DNA of 64,000 nt from positions 10,542,001 through 10,606,000 of the forward strand of contig NC_058383.1 in NCBI RefSeq assembly GCF_018350175.1, given 5' to 3'. The position numbers and the translations under genes were made by a program. The notes under the pieces are model-generated. The model did no database searches and was not told where the DNA came from. It saw only the letters and a program-made list of their open reading frames with translations. The stretch comes from Felis catus (lineage: Eukaryota). Of this stretch, positions 49,021 through 60,900 are shown one piece after another (the stretch's first letter is position 1; each line of letters starts with the position of its first letter).

Positions 49021-50149
49021 GGGCTCAGAGAGGGTCTGAGCTAGGTCCCACCGCAGATTGACCTTAACACCCTACCAGTGGTTGGAGGTCACTTCTGCCA
49101 TTGCTGAGGCCTGAGACAGAAGCCAGGCACGTAGGACGATAGCTCCTTCCCATTGGATGTGTGAGGTTCTGTCCATCTCTGCCAACTGGAGACCCCTGGG
49201 TAGAGGCCCCGTCCCGGGATCGATGGACACCAACACCAGCTTGTCCCAGTTGTCTGAGTGGGGCTCGGGCAGGTGGTCCCAGCATGGAGGGTCGCTGGCA
49301 CACAGCCACCAACCTCCCTGCGCTTGTGGGTGGTGAGAAGACAACAGGCTGGAGATTTGGGATCTGGGCTCAAATCCAGCATGGCTTCCGTGGGCTTCCA
49401 GCCTTCTCTGCCTGTGTAAGGAAAGTGACATCAAAGGGGCCAGTTACCGTGGGAACCAAATGAAGCATGGCCCAGCGGGGAATAGGGGAGTATGTCAGCG
49501 CCCGCACAGGCATGGGTCTGGGAGTCAGAGGGACTTGGCTTTAGTCCCGGTGCCACCGTGCACTGGGATGGGGGACAAGCTCCTGGCGTGAGGCCCCAGG
49601 GATCTCCCACATCAAGGCTTGGCCGCTGCACTACCTATCTTCTCCACAGGGTGGCAGCTGCGGGCAGCCCTGGCCCCGGCCCCGGCCCCGGCCCCGGCCT
49701 GGACGGGACGGGCCGAAAGAGAAACCAAGTCTCTGGCCAAAAGGTGCCCATGGGACTGGAGGGCCTGGGCTCTGAAATTCCAGACTAATGGAGGTTTGGG
49801 ACCCTGGTGGGTTTCCCTGGGGTCTCCTGCGAGTGGGGTGCCACTACCAGTTCCATGGCCTTAGGCAAGTCAACGCCCAGTAACAGAAGGCACCCAAGCA
49901 ACCTGTGCATTTGTGGGTCCCCCAGGAGCCAGTGTGGAGTCCCTGAAGTGGACGGGGTATAGGCATGGGGGCAGCAGCCGCGGGAGGGGTCTCTGGGTCT
50001 CTGGGAATCAGGGCGGGGGTGGGGGGCCGTGAGCCGTGGCTCCTGGATCATCTCCGCCCTTGTGTCCTCCGGCTCACCTCCCTGTCCTGCTGCTTCTGAC
50101 GCCTATGGCGGGCGGGCTGCAGCGCTGTTCTGTCTGCCCCAGCGTGCAC

Positions 50150-50680
50150 GGTGTGTGCGCGTGAGAGCGTGTCTCATTCCCTGGGACTCTCGCTCCCTGG
50201 GTGCCTCTCTCTCGTTCTCCTTCCCTCTGTGCGTCTCTGAGAGTCTGCGGGTCTCTGTGTCTGTCGGTCAATCTCAAGCTCAGGCTCTGCCTGTCTCTGG
50301 AGGAGAAAGGACACTCTGTACATGTGTATGCATGTGTGTGTCTGTTTCTCATCCTTTCCCTGCCTGTGTGCCTTTATCAGTGTGCTGCTCCCTCTCGAAG
50401 TGTGTGTGTGTGTGTGTGTGTGTGTTTCCATCTCTTCCTACTTTCTGGTTGCCTGTGTGTGTGTGCGTGTGTGTGTGTGCACCCCACTTCCTTCTTTCTC
50501 CCAGTCCCTCTGTGTATGTCTCTTCCTCTCTGTGTGACTTGGGTTTACATGTGTGTATTTAGTGCGTGCGTGCGTGTGTGTGTGTGTGCTCTCCGCGCCT
50601 GCTTGCGTCCGTCTCTCTCTCTCTCCCCTCGTCCCTCGGCGTCTCTCCCTGTCTCTGCGAGTGTCTCTGTGTCTCCGTCT
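50150..50680. repeat. Degenerate (TG)/(TC) low-complexity tract upstream of the putative LAT2 first exon
   Basis: Multiple (tg)n and (tc)n runs. Confidence 0.85.
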
Positions 50681-50689
50681 GTTAACAGC

Positions 50690-50855
50690 AGAGCCTGTCC
50701 GGCAGAGCAGCGGATGTGTGAGGGATGATTCAGGGGCTGACAGGAAGCCCGCTGCCTTGCCTGCTGCCCGCCAGAGTCTGTGGCGTTGGCGTCAGCTCGG
50801 GCAGGTGTGTGGGCTCAGGATGAAGTGGCCGCAGTGAGGAGCCCCCAGCTGTCAG
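50690..50855 (+). other. LAT2: Probable LAT2 non-coding first exon (start uncertain)
   Basis: Perfect donor CAG|GTAAGT at 50855/50856; contains a CAGGAAG ETS site; about 4 kb upstream of the ATG exon. Confidence 0.55.
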
Positions 50856-52784
50856 GTAAGTCTTGCCCAGGAGTGCCTGGAGCCTGGCCCAGGGCCAGGG
50901 GTCCGGAGGCTGGCTCCCACTGAACTCCCCACGGGGGCAGGAGTGGCCCCACTGGCCCAGCGGGAGTGCTGGGGGGGTCCCGCCGGGTGGGGTGGGGAGA
51001 TGCCCAGCCGCTGGGCCCTGGTCCTGCCCTGGTGCCCCTGGCTGGGAAGCACTCCCTCCGGGACCCTGCGGCACCCTGTGGCACCCAGGGGCAGCCTGTT
51101 TCTGGCCGCCTTCCCACCCTCGCCTTCCCCAGCCCAGCCTACGAGGGCCTGGGAAGCCCCTGCGGGTCCTATCGCTTCCAGAGACCCGTGAGGGGCCAGG
51201 CCCACGAGCCCTGGTTTCTTCGTCCGTAAAATGGGACTGTAACATCCCTGCCACCGGGCTATGGGAGGACGGGTGGGACTCCACAGGCAAGCATGCCCAG
51301 GGCCTGTCTCAGGCCAGATGGAAGCAGCCCTCCCACCGCCCCCACCCAGCCCCCAGCCTGGCGCTCCAGCTCTCTGCTCTCTGACTGCGAGGCTGTAGGC
51401 CCTGGGGACCTGCTTGTGCCCGGCTCTGTCACCATCCCCCCCCCCCAACCGGCCTTGACCTTGGCCGTCACCATTCCCCACCTCTGCCCCGGAACAAGGG
51501 CTGCCCAGGCCCCCACACTGACCTCCTGAGCATTACGAGCCTCCGTTAGAGGTCCCTGGGTCGGCCTTATCTGAAGGCCAAGATTACATGGGAAAGGGAA
51601 CAGGCATCAGAGCAGAGCCCAGCGGATAAAGCCTTCCCAGGGCCCAGATCCGAATCTCTCGCTCCACTCCTGCCCCCTAGTCTGCCCTGCCGCCCTGGTA
51701 GGCCTCAGTTTCCCCATCTACGGCTGGAGGTAGGGCTGGGAGATGGGGCGGGAGGCTGGGACACAGGCTTGGCCTGCCTGGCCCTGAGGGCTTTCCCACC
51801 GAGGGCTGTTGCAAACCTTGTTCATCTGAAAACTGCGCACTTCCCTTTGTGCTATTTTGGCCCGCGGCACCTCGGCCTGTGGCCACAGGCCGCCTCGCCT
51901 CCCCACCCCACCCAGCCCTGCCTGCCCCTTGGGGCCCTCCTGGGGCCCCTGGGCCTGCCTCTCCTGGGGGCTCAGCCTCCTCCCCCAACCCTCATCCTGC
52001 GCCCACCAGCTCGTGGGGCCTGGGTGGGAAAGCCCGGCCGGAGGGCGGATCTGCTCAGTCTGGGGGCCTCTCTTTGAAAAAATATTTCATGCTTCTTAAA
52101 AATAGAATTGTAAGAAAGGGGTACAGGAGCGTGGCCTTTGGAGCCAGCCCTGCCTGAGCTGGGGTCCTGGTTCTGCTGACGGGCTCGCTGGGGGAACTCG
52201 GACAGAGTGCCTGCCTCTCTGGGCCTCCCTCTCCTCCTTTGGATGAAGGGAGCTGGCATCTCCCAAGTGACCCTTGGCGCGTCTGTGAGAACTGAGGGGC
52301 CGGGCCGGATCCCAGCCCGCCCCGGGGTCCCGGCACGATGGCCCCCATGGGGTGGTGGAGGGGGGCTCAGGCCGGTGTGTCTGGGGGACCAGGCGGGACA
52401 GTTCTGGTAGGGTTACCCCGCACTATTCACTGCAACACCCCCCGCCCCCCAAAAGGCTGTGGCTGCCCCTTCCCATTCCATGGGGACCCTGATGGTGGCG
52501 AGTCGTGGTTGTCATCCAGCTGTGTCCCCCCAAACTCCCACACTAGCACCTCCGAGCACCATCTCGATGCTGGGCCTCATGTGACACACCTGAGGGATGT
52601 GTCATTATTTCCCCTGTTGTAGAAGGGCCGCCGAAGGCCAGTGAGGCTGGGATTCCACAGCAGAGGCAGACACACGCTGTGTTCTCGGGCTCCCCCACCT
52701 TCCCTCAGCCAGTGCCAGGGGGACGGGGGTGGGCCAGGATGCCCCCCCACCCCGGCCCCGACCGTGCTGCTTGTCCCCGGACAG

Positions 52785-52915
52785 CCGGGTCCAGGAAGCA
52801 AGAGGGCGCCCTGGTGGCCAGGATGCCCTGCGGTCGAGGGTCCCCCTTCCCCGGGACGGCCACAGAGGTCAGCAGGCCAGGTCCTGGCCTCCGCCGCCAG
52901 GCCGCAAGAGCACGA
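52785..52915 (+). other. LAT2: Possible LAT2 second 5'UTR exon
   Basis: ttgtccccggacag| acceptor and CGA|gtgagt donor; the acceptor position is uncertain. Confidence 0.35.
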
Positions 52916-54319
52916 GTGAGTTCTCTAAACCAGCCGGCCAGAAATAAGACCCTTAGCACGCTTCTCTTCCGGAAGCCCGGCCGGTGAGCCAGACTGTTTA
53001 TCATCTGCCGAAAGTGCTTTGAGGAAGGCACTGCGTCGATCCCCATTTTGTAGATGAGGAAACCGAGGCCAGGAGACAAACAGGCACAAGCTGGAGTCCT
53101 CCCTCCACGACCAGGTGCTCCCAACCCCACACAGCCTGAAGTGCCCTGGGGCGGGCGGCCCAAGGTGGGGGGGGCGGTGCAGGGAGGAGGTTGTGCAGGC
53201 CGGGAGGGCAGCGCCCCGGCTCTGACAGGGCGGGGCTCAACACGGACAACGTCGCGGGGTGGCGGGGGCCGCCCCGTCCTGAGATTTGGCGACGCTCGTG
53301 CTCCCACTGACTCACTCGGTGTTTGGGGAAGGAGGGGTGGCTTCTCCGTGACGGCCCCGACGGAGGCTCCGTGTGGCGTGGAGGTTCCTGGTCATTTTTG
53401 CCACAAGGGTGGAGGCAGCCCGGAGAGGCGAAAGGGACCGCCGGCCGCCGCGGTGTAGGCCTCGGGGAGCCCAGGGCAGGAGCCGGGCGGTACGAGGCTC
53501 CGCTTCTCCCCCGGCCTCGCCTTCCCCGGCTGTAAAGTGGGGAGAAGCCCTCCCCCCGGTGGCTGAGGCAGGGGGAAAACAGGTGTGCACAGGATGCGTA
53601 GGGAGCCGGTGTGGGCTCCGCGTGCCCGCCCTGGGGCAGGGCCCCCTCGGAGACGCCCTGTCGCCCCCTCAGCCGCGTCCCCCGGCCACTGCCAGGAGAC
53701 CGTCTCCACGCTCGCGATGATTCTTCCCGGAAACCCCCTCAGCAGGGCACTCCCCGGGCCCCGGGTGTGTGGCCGCCCGTGGCTTCGCCAAGGACCGGCA
53801 GTCCCAGCGTGGCTCCGCGGCCGGGACCAGCCACTGGCCAAGCGGTGGCCCGAGGCCAGGCGGGATTCAGAGTCTCCTCACCCTGCAGAGTCCGCCTTCC
53901 AGCCCGCGGCGCTCCCGGCACCTCCCACCGCCAGCTGCAGCGGGGGCCCGCCAGGCCTCTCTGGCCCCCGCACCCTTCTTCCCCTTATGCCCTCAGGACC
54001 CCCCTGGTGCTTAAGGAAGGGAGATCCCACTCCTGATAGGGGCCGAGAAACGCCCTAGGCTGGGTGGCGGCTGCCGGGGCTCCGGTGCCGAAGGGGCCGT
54101 GGACCGAGCTCACGAAGCAAAGCTGGGTTTACAGGAGGCGACAGGGTAGAGCCAGACTTCGGGCCCCGAGGCTGGAGTTTGAGTCCTGACTTTTTACTTT
54201 GCAGCTGGGATCTCCAGCCTCAGTTTCTCCTTTCTTCCTTCTCTTCCTCCCTTCCTTCCTCTTCCTTCCTTCCTCTTTCTTTTCTTTCTTTCTCTCTCTC
54301 TCCCTCTCTCTTTTTCTTT

Positions 54320-54530
54320 CTTTATGTTTATGCATTTTGAGAGAGAGAGAGAGAGACAGAGCATGAGTGGGGAAGAGGCAGAGAGAGAGGCAGACACACA
54401 GAATTCGAAGCAGTCTCCAATCTCCCAGCAGTCAGCACAGGGCTCGACGTCTGGCTCGAACTCACCAGCCATGAGATCATGACCTGAGCCAAAGTCAGAC
54501 GCTCAACCGACTGAGTCACCCAGGTGCCCC
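54320..54530 (-). mobile_element. CAN-SINE with a CT-rich expanded tail, inserted in a MIR-like element
   Basis: ...accgactgagtcacccaggtgcccc; gcctcagttt occurs on both sides. Confidence 0.85.
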
Positions 54531-54896
54531 TGCGGCCTCAGTTTTTATATTTGTGAATGTTGGGAGGGCAGTTGTGTGGATTAAGCAAAGGGCACATGGT
54601 GCTGTCTGGTCCCCAGAACCTTCCAGCACTTAACCAAGTGTCGGTGATGGCCCTGGGGCCAGGACTGCGGGTTTGGGGTCAGATGAGGGAGCAAGGTGGT
54701 TCCAGGGCTGATTCCAGCCTGACCCATTGCTAGGGCAGGGAGGGGAGCCGGTGCTCCCAGGGCCTGGGCTCAGCCGTGGGGCTGTCGGGACAGGGGGTCT
54801 GGAAATCCGAGGGTGTGGGGCTGGGCAGGACCCTGGAGGGGCGGTCACGGGATGATCCACGTTGCAGCCCTGCAGGACGAGTGGCCAGGAGCGGAC

Positions 54897-54990
54897 ATGA
54901 ACGTGGACGCCGAGCTGCTGTGGCCGGGGGCGGCCCTGCTGCTGCTTCTGGGGACGGTGGCCAGCCTGTGCGTGCGCTGCTCCCGCCCAG
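54897..54990 (+). CDS. LAT2: LAT2 coding exon 1 (TM and CxxC palmitoylation motif)
   Basis: gacATGAACGTG...CGCCCAG|gtaaca. Confidence 0.93.
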
Positions 54991-57900
54991 GTAACAGCGC
55001 GGCGGGGGACAAGGGCGTACCCAGACCTGGCCGCGCTGGGTGGACCGAAAGACAGGCTTCAACGAGGCGGGGATGAAACCCTAAACCAGCCTGAAGACCA
55101 TGAGTCTGGGTCACTGTGGGGCTTTGGTTGTGCTGGGTCAAGGGGTCTGGGGCAGGGGAATGCTCTGGAAAAAGGGTGGAGATGTGCTGTGCTGCCTGCA
55201 GCGTGGACCTTCATGCTCTGCTCTCCCAGAGAGCAGACACCGTATCAGTGACAGGTGGCCCGCGGCGATTGGCCGGCCGTGTCCCATGTCCCATCTGGGG
55301 CCTGCCCAGGGCACAGGGGAGACAAGATGGGGGGATCTCAGAGCTCAGTGCCCGCCCCGGCATTGGGACGCTTGATGGTCTGGTCTTGTTCTTGCAGTGG
55401 TGAAGAAGTCTGAGAAGATCTATGAGCAGAGGAGCCTGTGAGTGCTTAGGTGTCCCCAGCCCAGTGACTTGGGGTGCCCTGGCTGGTGGGCCTCCACAGG
55501 GGCAGCCCCTTGGGTGTCCCCGCCCCCCTTCCCTCACCCCTTCCCGCCTCCTTCCTCCAATGGGTCCCGAGCAGTCCAGCCTTGGGAGGAGGGACAGCCT
55601 GCCTGCCCAGAGGTCCTCCCCTTGCCCCCAGCCCAGGGGAGGCCGCTGTGCTGGTGCTGGGGGCGGACACAAGAGTCCTGCCCTCCTAGGCCACGTGGGG
55701 AACCGAGACCGGGCACAGAGCAAAGCGGGGTACAGGTCTCCCCTGGAAGAAAGGCTCACAGAGCTCAGAGCTCCAGGAGGATGTGGGCGTATCCTGGGGG
55801 GATCAGGAGGCCTGCCGGGGGGAGGTGGGGAGGATCTGAAGAAAGAAAGAAGGCGAAAGGGAACATTCCAGAGAGAGAACAGTGCAGGCCGTTGCCCACC
55901 GAGGACCGGGGCGGGCACAGTCTTCTGGGGCTGAGGTGGCAGGTACAGGCCTCTCTTGAGAGACGTGAGCTGGGCGAGGGGGCGGAGGCTGTGGCCTTTG
56001 TCCTGAGGGCCCGGGGGAGCCACAGAGGAGCCGGAAGCAGGGAGCTAGGGGGAGAGGTGAAACGGGGTCATTGACCCCAGGCCGGATGGCACTTCGGGGA
56101 CAGGCGAGCGCTAGGAGGGTCAGAGGTGCCGGTCGCTGCAGACCGGGGTGTGGCCCAAGGACAGCCCGGGTCAGGAGGGCAGGGGCCACTGGTGTCCTTA
56201 CACTGAGCAGGAAAGTGACAGACGGCGGGCCTGGGCTGAGACTCGGGAGAGACCCCCTGCGCTGAGACCCGCGTGCACACCTGTGCACGGGCCGGCGTGC
56301 CCACTCACACCCACACGCCCCCGCATTCTTGCTCATGCGTGTGTTTCTCACACATGCGGCACCGTGTGCCCGCCCGGGGAAGGAACTCACCTACAACTGC
56401 GCACACACGCTTTCTCATTTCCTTTTGCAACTGAAAAACCACAATGAAGTTTGAAAATAGAGTGTCCCCATCCACACCCAGCCCTGGGCCCAGGACTAGA
56501 CTTTTCCCGGCTTTTTTGACCACCTGTTCCCCTGCATCTCCAGCCCACAGGCTCCACAGGGGTGAGGGTGGGGTGGGGGACCTGGGCCCCGCTGGTGCCT
56601 CCCACACCCCTGCCCCAAGGCAGGCCTCCTCCGTATCTCCTGTCTCCCTTCCTCTCTCAGTGCCTGCCCACTCGGGGCCCCTGACTGAGTTAGAGCCAGA
56701 AGTGAAACTTTGTCATGGTGGGAAGTGGAAACTGGGCCTGGACAGGAGGAGAACCCACTTCACTTGGGTTCCATCCTGCCAGCCTACGTGAAGTGACCGC
56801 TGTGTGTTCCAGGCCCAGCTCCCGTGGGAAGCCACGCCTGACTCTCTCCTGTGGAGTTAGGACAGCCCTCCTAAATCAGGTCACCCTGACCCCTCAGCCT
56901 TCCAGGAGCTCCTGGAAGCCTGGGCCAGATACCCATTCTGGTCCAGAGGAGGAGCCCCAAAGGCTTTAATGTTTAGCCAACCTGCCCTCCCACCCTTAGT
57001 GGTGGCTTCTGCTCTCCAGGGAGCTTCATGGTCCAAAATGGCAGCCAGAGCTCCAGCCCTCATCTCTGTGTTCCAGGCAGTAGTAAGAATGAAGCACCAG
57101 GATAAAAAGGGTGCACCCCTGTTGGCAGTGCCTCCTTTAAAGGCGTTTTCCTGGAGGTCCCAACAACCTTGGCTTGCATCTCATTGACACAGGGCTTAAT
57201 CACAGGGCCATGCTTAGGCACGAGAGAGACTGGGAAATACAGTCTTTTAGATGGGCCTCCATAAAAATCAGAGATCCGTTTCAAAGAAAGAAGACACGGG
57301 GGTGATGGCTGGACACCTCGCTGTGTCTGGCTTTGAAGTTACCTCACCAGGTATTTGGGAGCAAATGGTGGGTTGGAACATCTCAAAAGGGACTGAAGTT
57401 ACTGTCGGTTGAGATCTCTGAAGAGCCACCTGACCCTCACCGGAGAATCTCGGGCCGCCTCCCCAGCCCCCGCCCACAGACCCTCCTGACCATCTCCGGG
57501 GTTCCTGGGGAGGCCGTGGAGACAGCTGGCTCCAGCCTGGGGCCGTGCGAGAAGGGTGGACACCCGGCGGGCAGGGTTGGGGAGCAGTCCGGAGAATGGG
57601 GCATCAGGGAGCCCTGGATCACTCTCACCCTGGTCTGTCCCTCCCCTCTCTGTCCCTTGCCCCTGTCTGTCCATCTCTCCTGTCTCTCTGTCCCTTGGGC
57701 TGTGGCAGGCCATGCGCTGGCTCAGCACAGCTCCGTGTGTTTCCAGGGAAGAGAATGCACAGAACTTTGCGGTGGCCCGGACCTATTCCTGTGAGTCCCC
57801 AAACTGAAGGGTCCAGGGACTGGGCTCAGGGTTGGGGGTGTCCATATCTGTCCCCATCGTTCTGAGGTGGTGGCCAGGCCTGATCTGGTGGAGTGAGGGG

Positions 57901-60900
57901 CCTGTAAGTGGCAGGCTGGTCTGGGGATCCAGCCAACACCCCCTTGTCCTTCGCAGTGGTCAGGCAGGCCTGGCCAGGGCCCCTGCTGGACACAGCCTCT
58001 GACGTGGCACCAACAAGGTAGGCATAAGCCCCCGACCCCAGGCCCAGAGGGGTCACAACCCCATAGGAGGTGATGGGAAGGAGGGTCCTGCGGTCCCCAC
58101 CTGGCTGAGCTCCGGCCAAGACCTCGCTCCCTCCCTGAACCTCGGAGCCCCCGAGCTGGATTCTGAGGGCTCCACGAGGGGGCCATGGGGCTGTGGTTCA
58201 CAAACCCCAAGGCCTCCTCCCCACCCAGCCCTCCTCAGCCCCTCCCTTCCCCCTTTCTGCAGGAAGGACAAACTTCTGCGGTTCTCCCCCAGCGTCGAGG
58301 GTGAGTGGCCCTTAGACACAGGGTGGGGGCAGGGGTGAGGGGGGACTGAGACATGGGGGGGAGGAGGGACTGAGACACAGGGGTGGGGGCAAGGGTGAAG
58401 GGGGGACTGAGACACGTGGGCAGTGGGGGGGGTCCCCTGAGGTGTTGGGCCAGGAGGCCTGGGGGGAGGGGACAGAGAGCAGGTGCAAAGCTACGAAGGT
58501 AGGAAACACCTGGGTCTGGAAGGCCCTTCCTTGGGGGTGGGAGTGGGGCCGAGACGGGAGGGAGCCACGAGCCCGCCTTTCTTCCAGATTCTGCGTCCTC
58601 TAGGTACCTGGAGAACTTCAGCAAAGGTGGGTAGCATCCGGGGAAGTGGGGGCTGCGGTGGGGCCCACAGCCCGGGGCTCAGGCCTAATTCTCGCCTCCT
58701 CCTGCAGGAAGCAGACGAGGATCTGATGGAGCCTTCATGTGAGTGGTCTTCTGCGGGCCCTGGCCCCTCATCCCCGCCCCCACCCACCCCTGCTTTGAGC
58801 TTCCCCCTTTAGGAAGACTTCCTGCCCCGGAACCCACTGGCCCAGGCAGGCTCTGCCCCTCAGGTGGTTATGGCTTTGTGGGGACAGGGACATGGCCCTG
58901 CTCTAGGGAGGGTTTGTCTGGGGGGACTCATCCCACATCGCCTAGAGACAAGTTCCAAAAACCCCAGGGAGGAAGGGCCCTCAGGGATGTCTCTTCATCT
59001 CACAGATGGGCAAACTGCTCCCCAGGGAAGAGGGGGACGAGTCGGGATGGCTGGAGCCAGGCTGGGTGGCTCAGGGACGGAGGGACCAGGGGAGAGCCTG
59101 GCCCAGCCCCCACGAGCCCCCGGGGGAACAATATATTGGAACAGGCCTGGCCTCACTGTCCCCGGTGATGCTCCCACCCCAACCACCTGCCTACTCAGCA
59201 ACCAGCCTGTGTCTGTGTTTTCTTGCCAGAGACCCCATTGCCACGCACTATTACAACTGGGGGCAGTTCCAGAAGCCCTCGGAAGGTGAGGCGGAGGAGG
59301 GGGAAAAGGGGGAGGTGGGAAACTTCAGAAGCCACGTTCCCCGGGCCAGAGGCGGTGGGAAGAACGTGGAGGAGGAGGCTGGGCCTAGGTCTGGACGGGT
59401 GGCGGAGTTGGGGAGCTTGGGGGCCAGAGCCCAGAAGCGCAGTAGGGAAGGGACGTGTGGGAGGCAGAGAGGGGACAGGGTGGTGGGCCGCAGAGGTGAG
59501 GGAACCAGAGGGGGAGCTGGGGACAGAGGTAGCGGGGGAGGCTGAGCCCCCGTGTCGTGCAGACCCCCCCTCGGGACTGGGCAGCAACCGATGGGTACAC
59601 GTGGGACCTCGGAGAAAGGCCCTGGGCAGGGCGGCCAGGCTGACCGACACTGAGCCCTGCGGGCTCTGAAGATGCCAGAATCTTAGGCCCTTAACACCTT
59701 TGGTTCACAGAAGAAACTGAGGAGCGAGGGAGGGCAGTGCCTGCTGAGAGGTGCTCGGGTCTGGGGCTTGAGGCCAGTTCCTGCATCTTGGCTCCTGCCT
59801 GGGCCATGCTGGGGGGTGGGGTCCGTGGTGGGTAGAAAGGAGGGTCTTCTCCCCGCCCCCTGCACCCACCTCAGCTATTCTGAATAAGGGAGGGGCCCCC
59901 AGAGATGAGGGGGGCCCCATCTTTGACACAGATGGATGCAGGCGGTGGGCCAGCAGTGAGAGCTCCGCTTGCCCCTGCCGGGGGCCATGGGGGGGTGCCA
60001 GGCTCTGATAGGCCTGGGGTCGCCCCGCCCCGCCCAGAGGTACTGCTTCAGGACCAGCCTAGGCCCGGAGCCCGCCTCTCCGTGGCCTCCAGCAGCAATC
60101 CCTGCCCCTCACTGCCCGGTAGCAACGGGCCTCCCTCCCTCCCTCCCAACTAGCCAACTGCCTGATTGCAGCCTGAGCCCTACTCCCCCCTCCCCGGTGC
60201 ATTTGGGGGGGGACCTCAGAAGACAGTGAAGGAGCTCAGGGTGGTGGCTGCCGAAGCCAGGCCAGTGTCAATGAAGAAGCTTGTCCAGGAGAATGTTCGG
60301 GAGCCCCCTGGGGGGGGTGGGGGGGGTCGGTGCAGAGGCTAAGGGTTTGGCAGGACGGGTCACCTATGGAGGAAAGGCAGGACGGAGGGAGGGAGGGAGG
60401 GAGGAAGAGCCCGGCCTGCCGGGCAGGGCCGACTGGCACCCACAGCCCCGTCTCCTCTCCCCGGCAGACGATGATGATGCCAATTCGTACGAGAACGTGC
60501 TCATCTGCAAGCGGAAGGACACGGAGTCAGGTGAGGCTGCCAGTCCCGGGAGCTGGCAGGGAGGCCAGCCTCCTCGGCTGAGATCCGAGGCCCCCGTTGC
60601 TCAAAGGCACCACTTGCCTCGAAACCCGAAGGTTCACCTCAGCTCTCGTGCCTTTGGATAAAGCACTGCTCGAGGCCTGGAGGGGCCCCGGGGGTCCGGC
60701 CCTAGTGAGATGCACCGACAGGACCCCTTCCTCCCCCGAGGGGCCGCCCAGCACGGGGCACAGGAGGAACCCAGGCGCCCCTGCCGGCCTGAGGCCTGGG
60801 CCAGCCCCTCTCTCGGTGTCTCCCTGCAGGGGACGAAGGATCTGAGGACTATCAGAACTCAGCTTCCATCCGGCAGTGGCGGGAGTCCAGGAGGGTGGTG

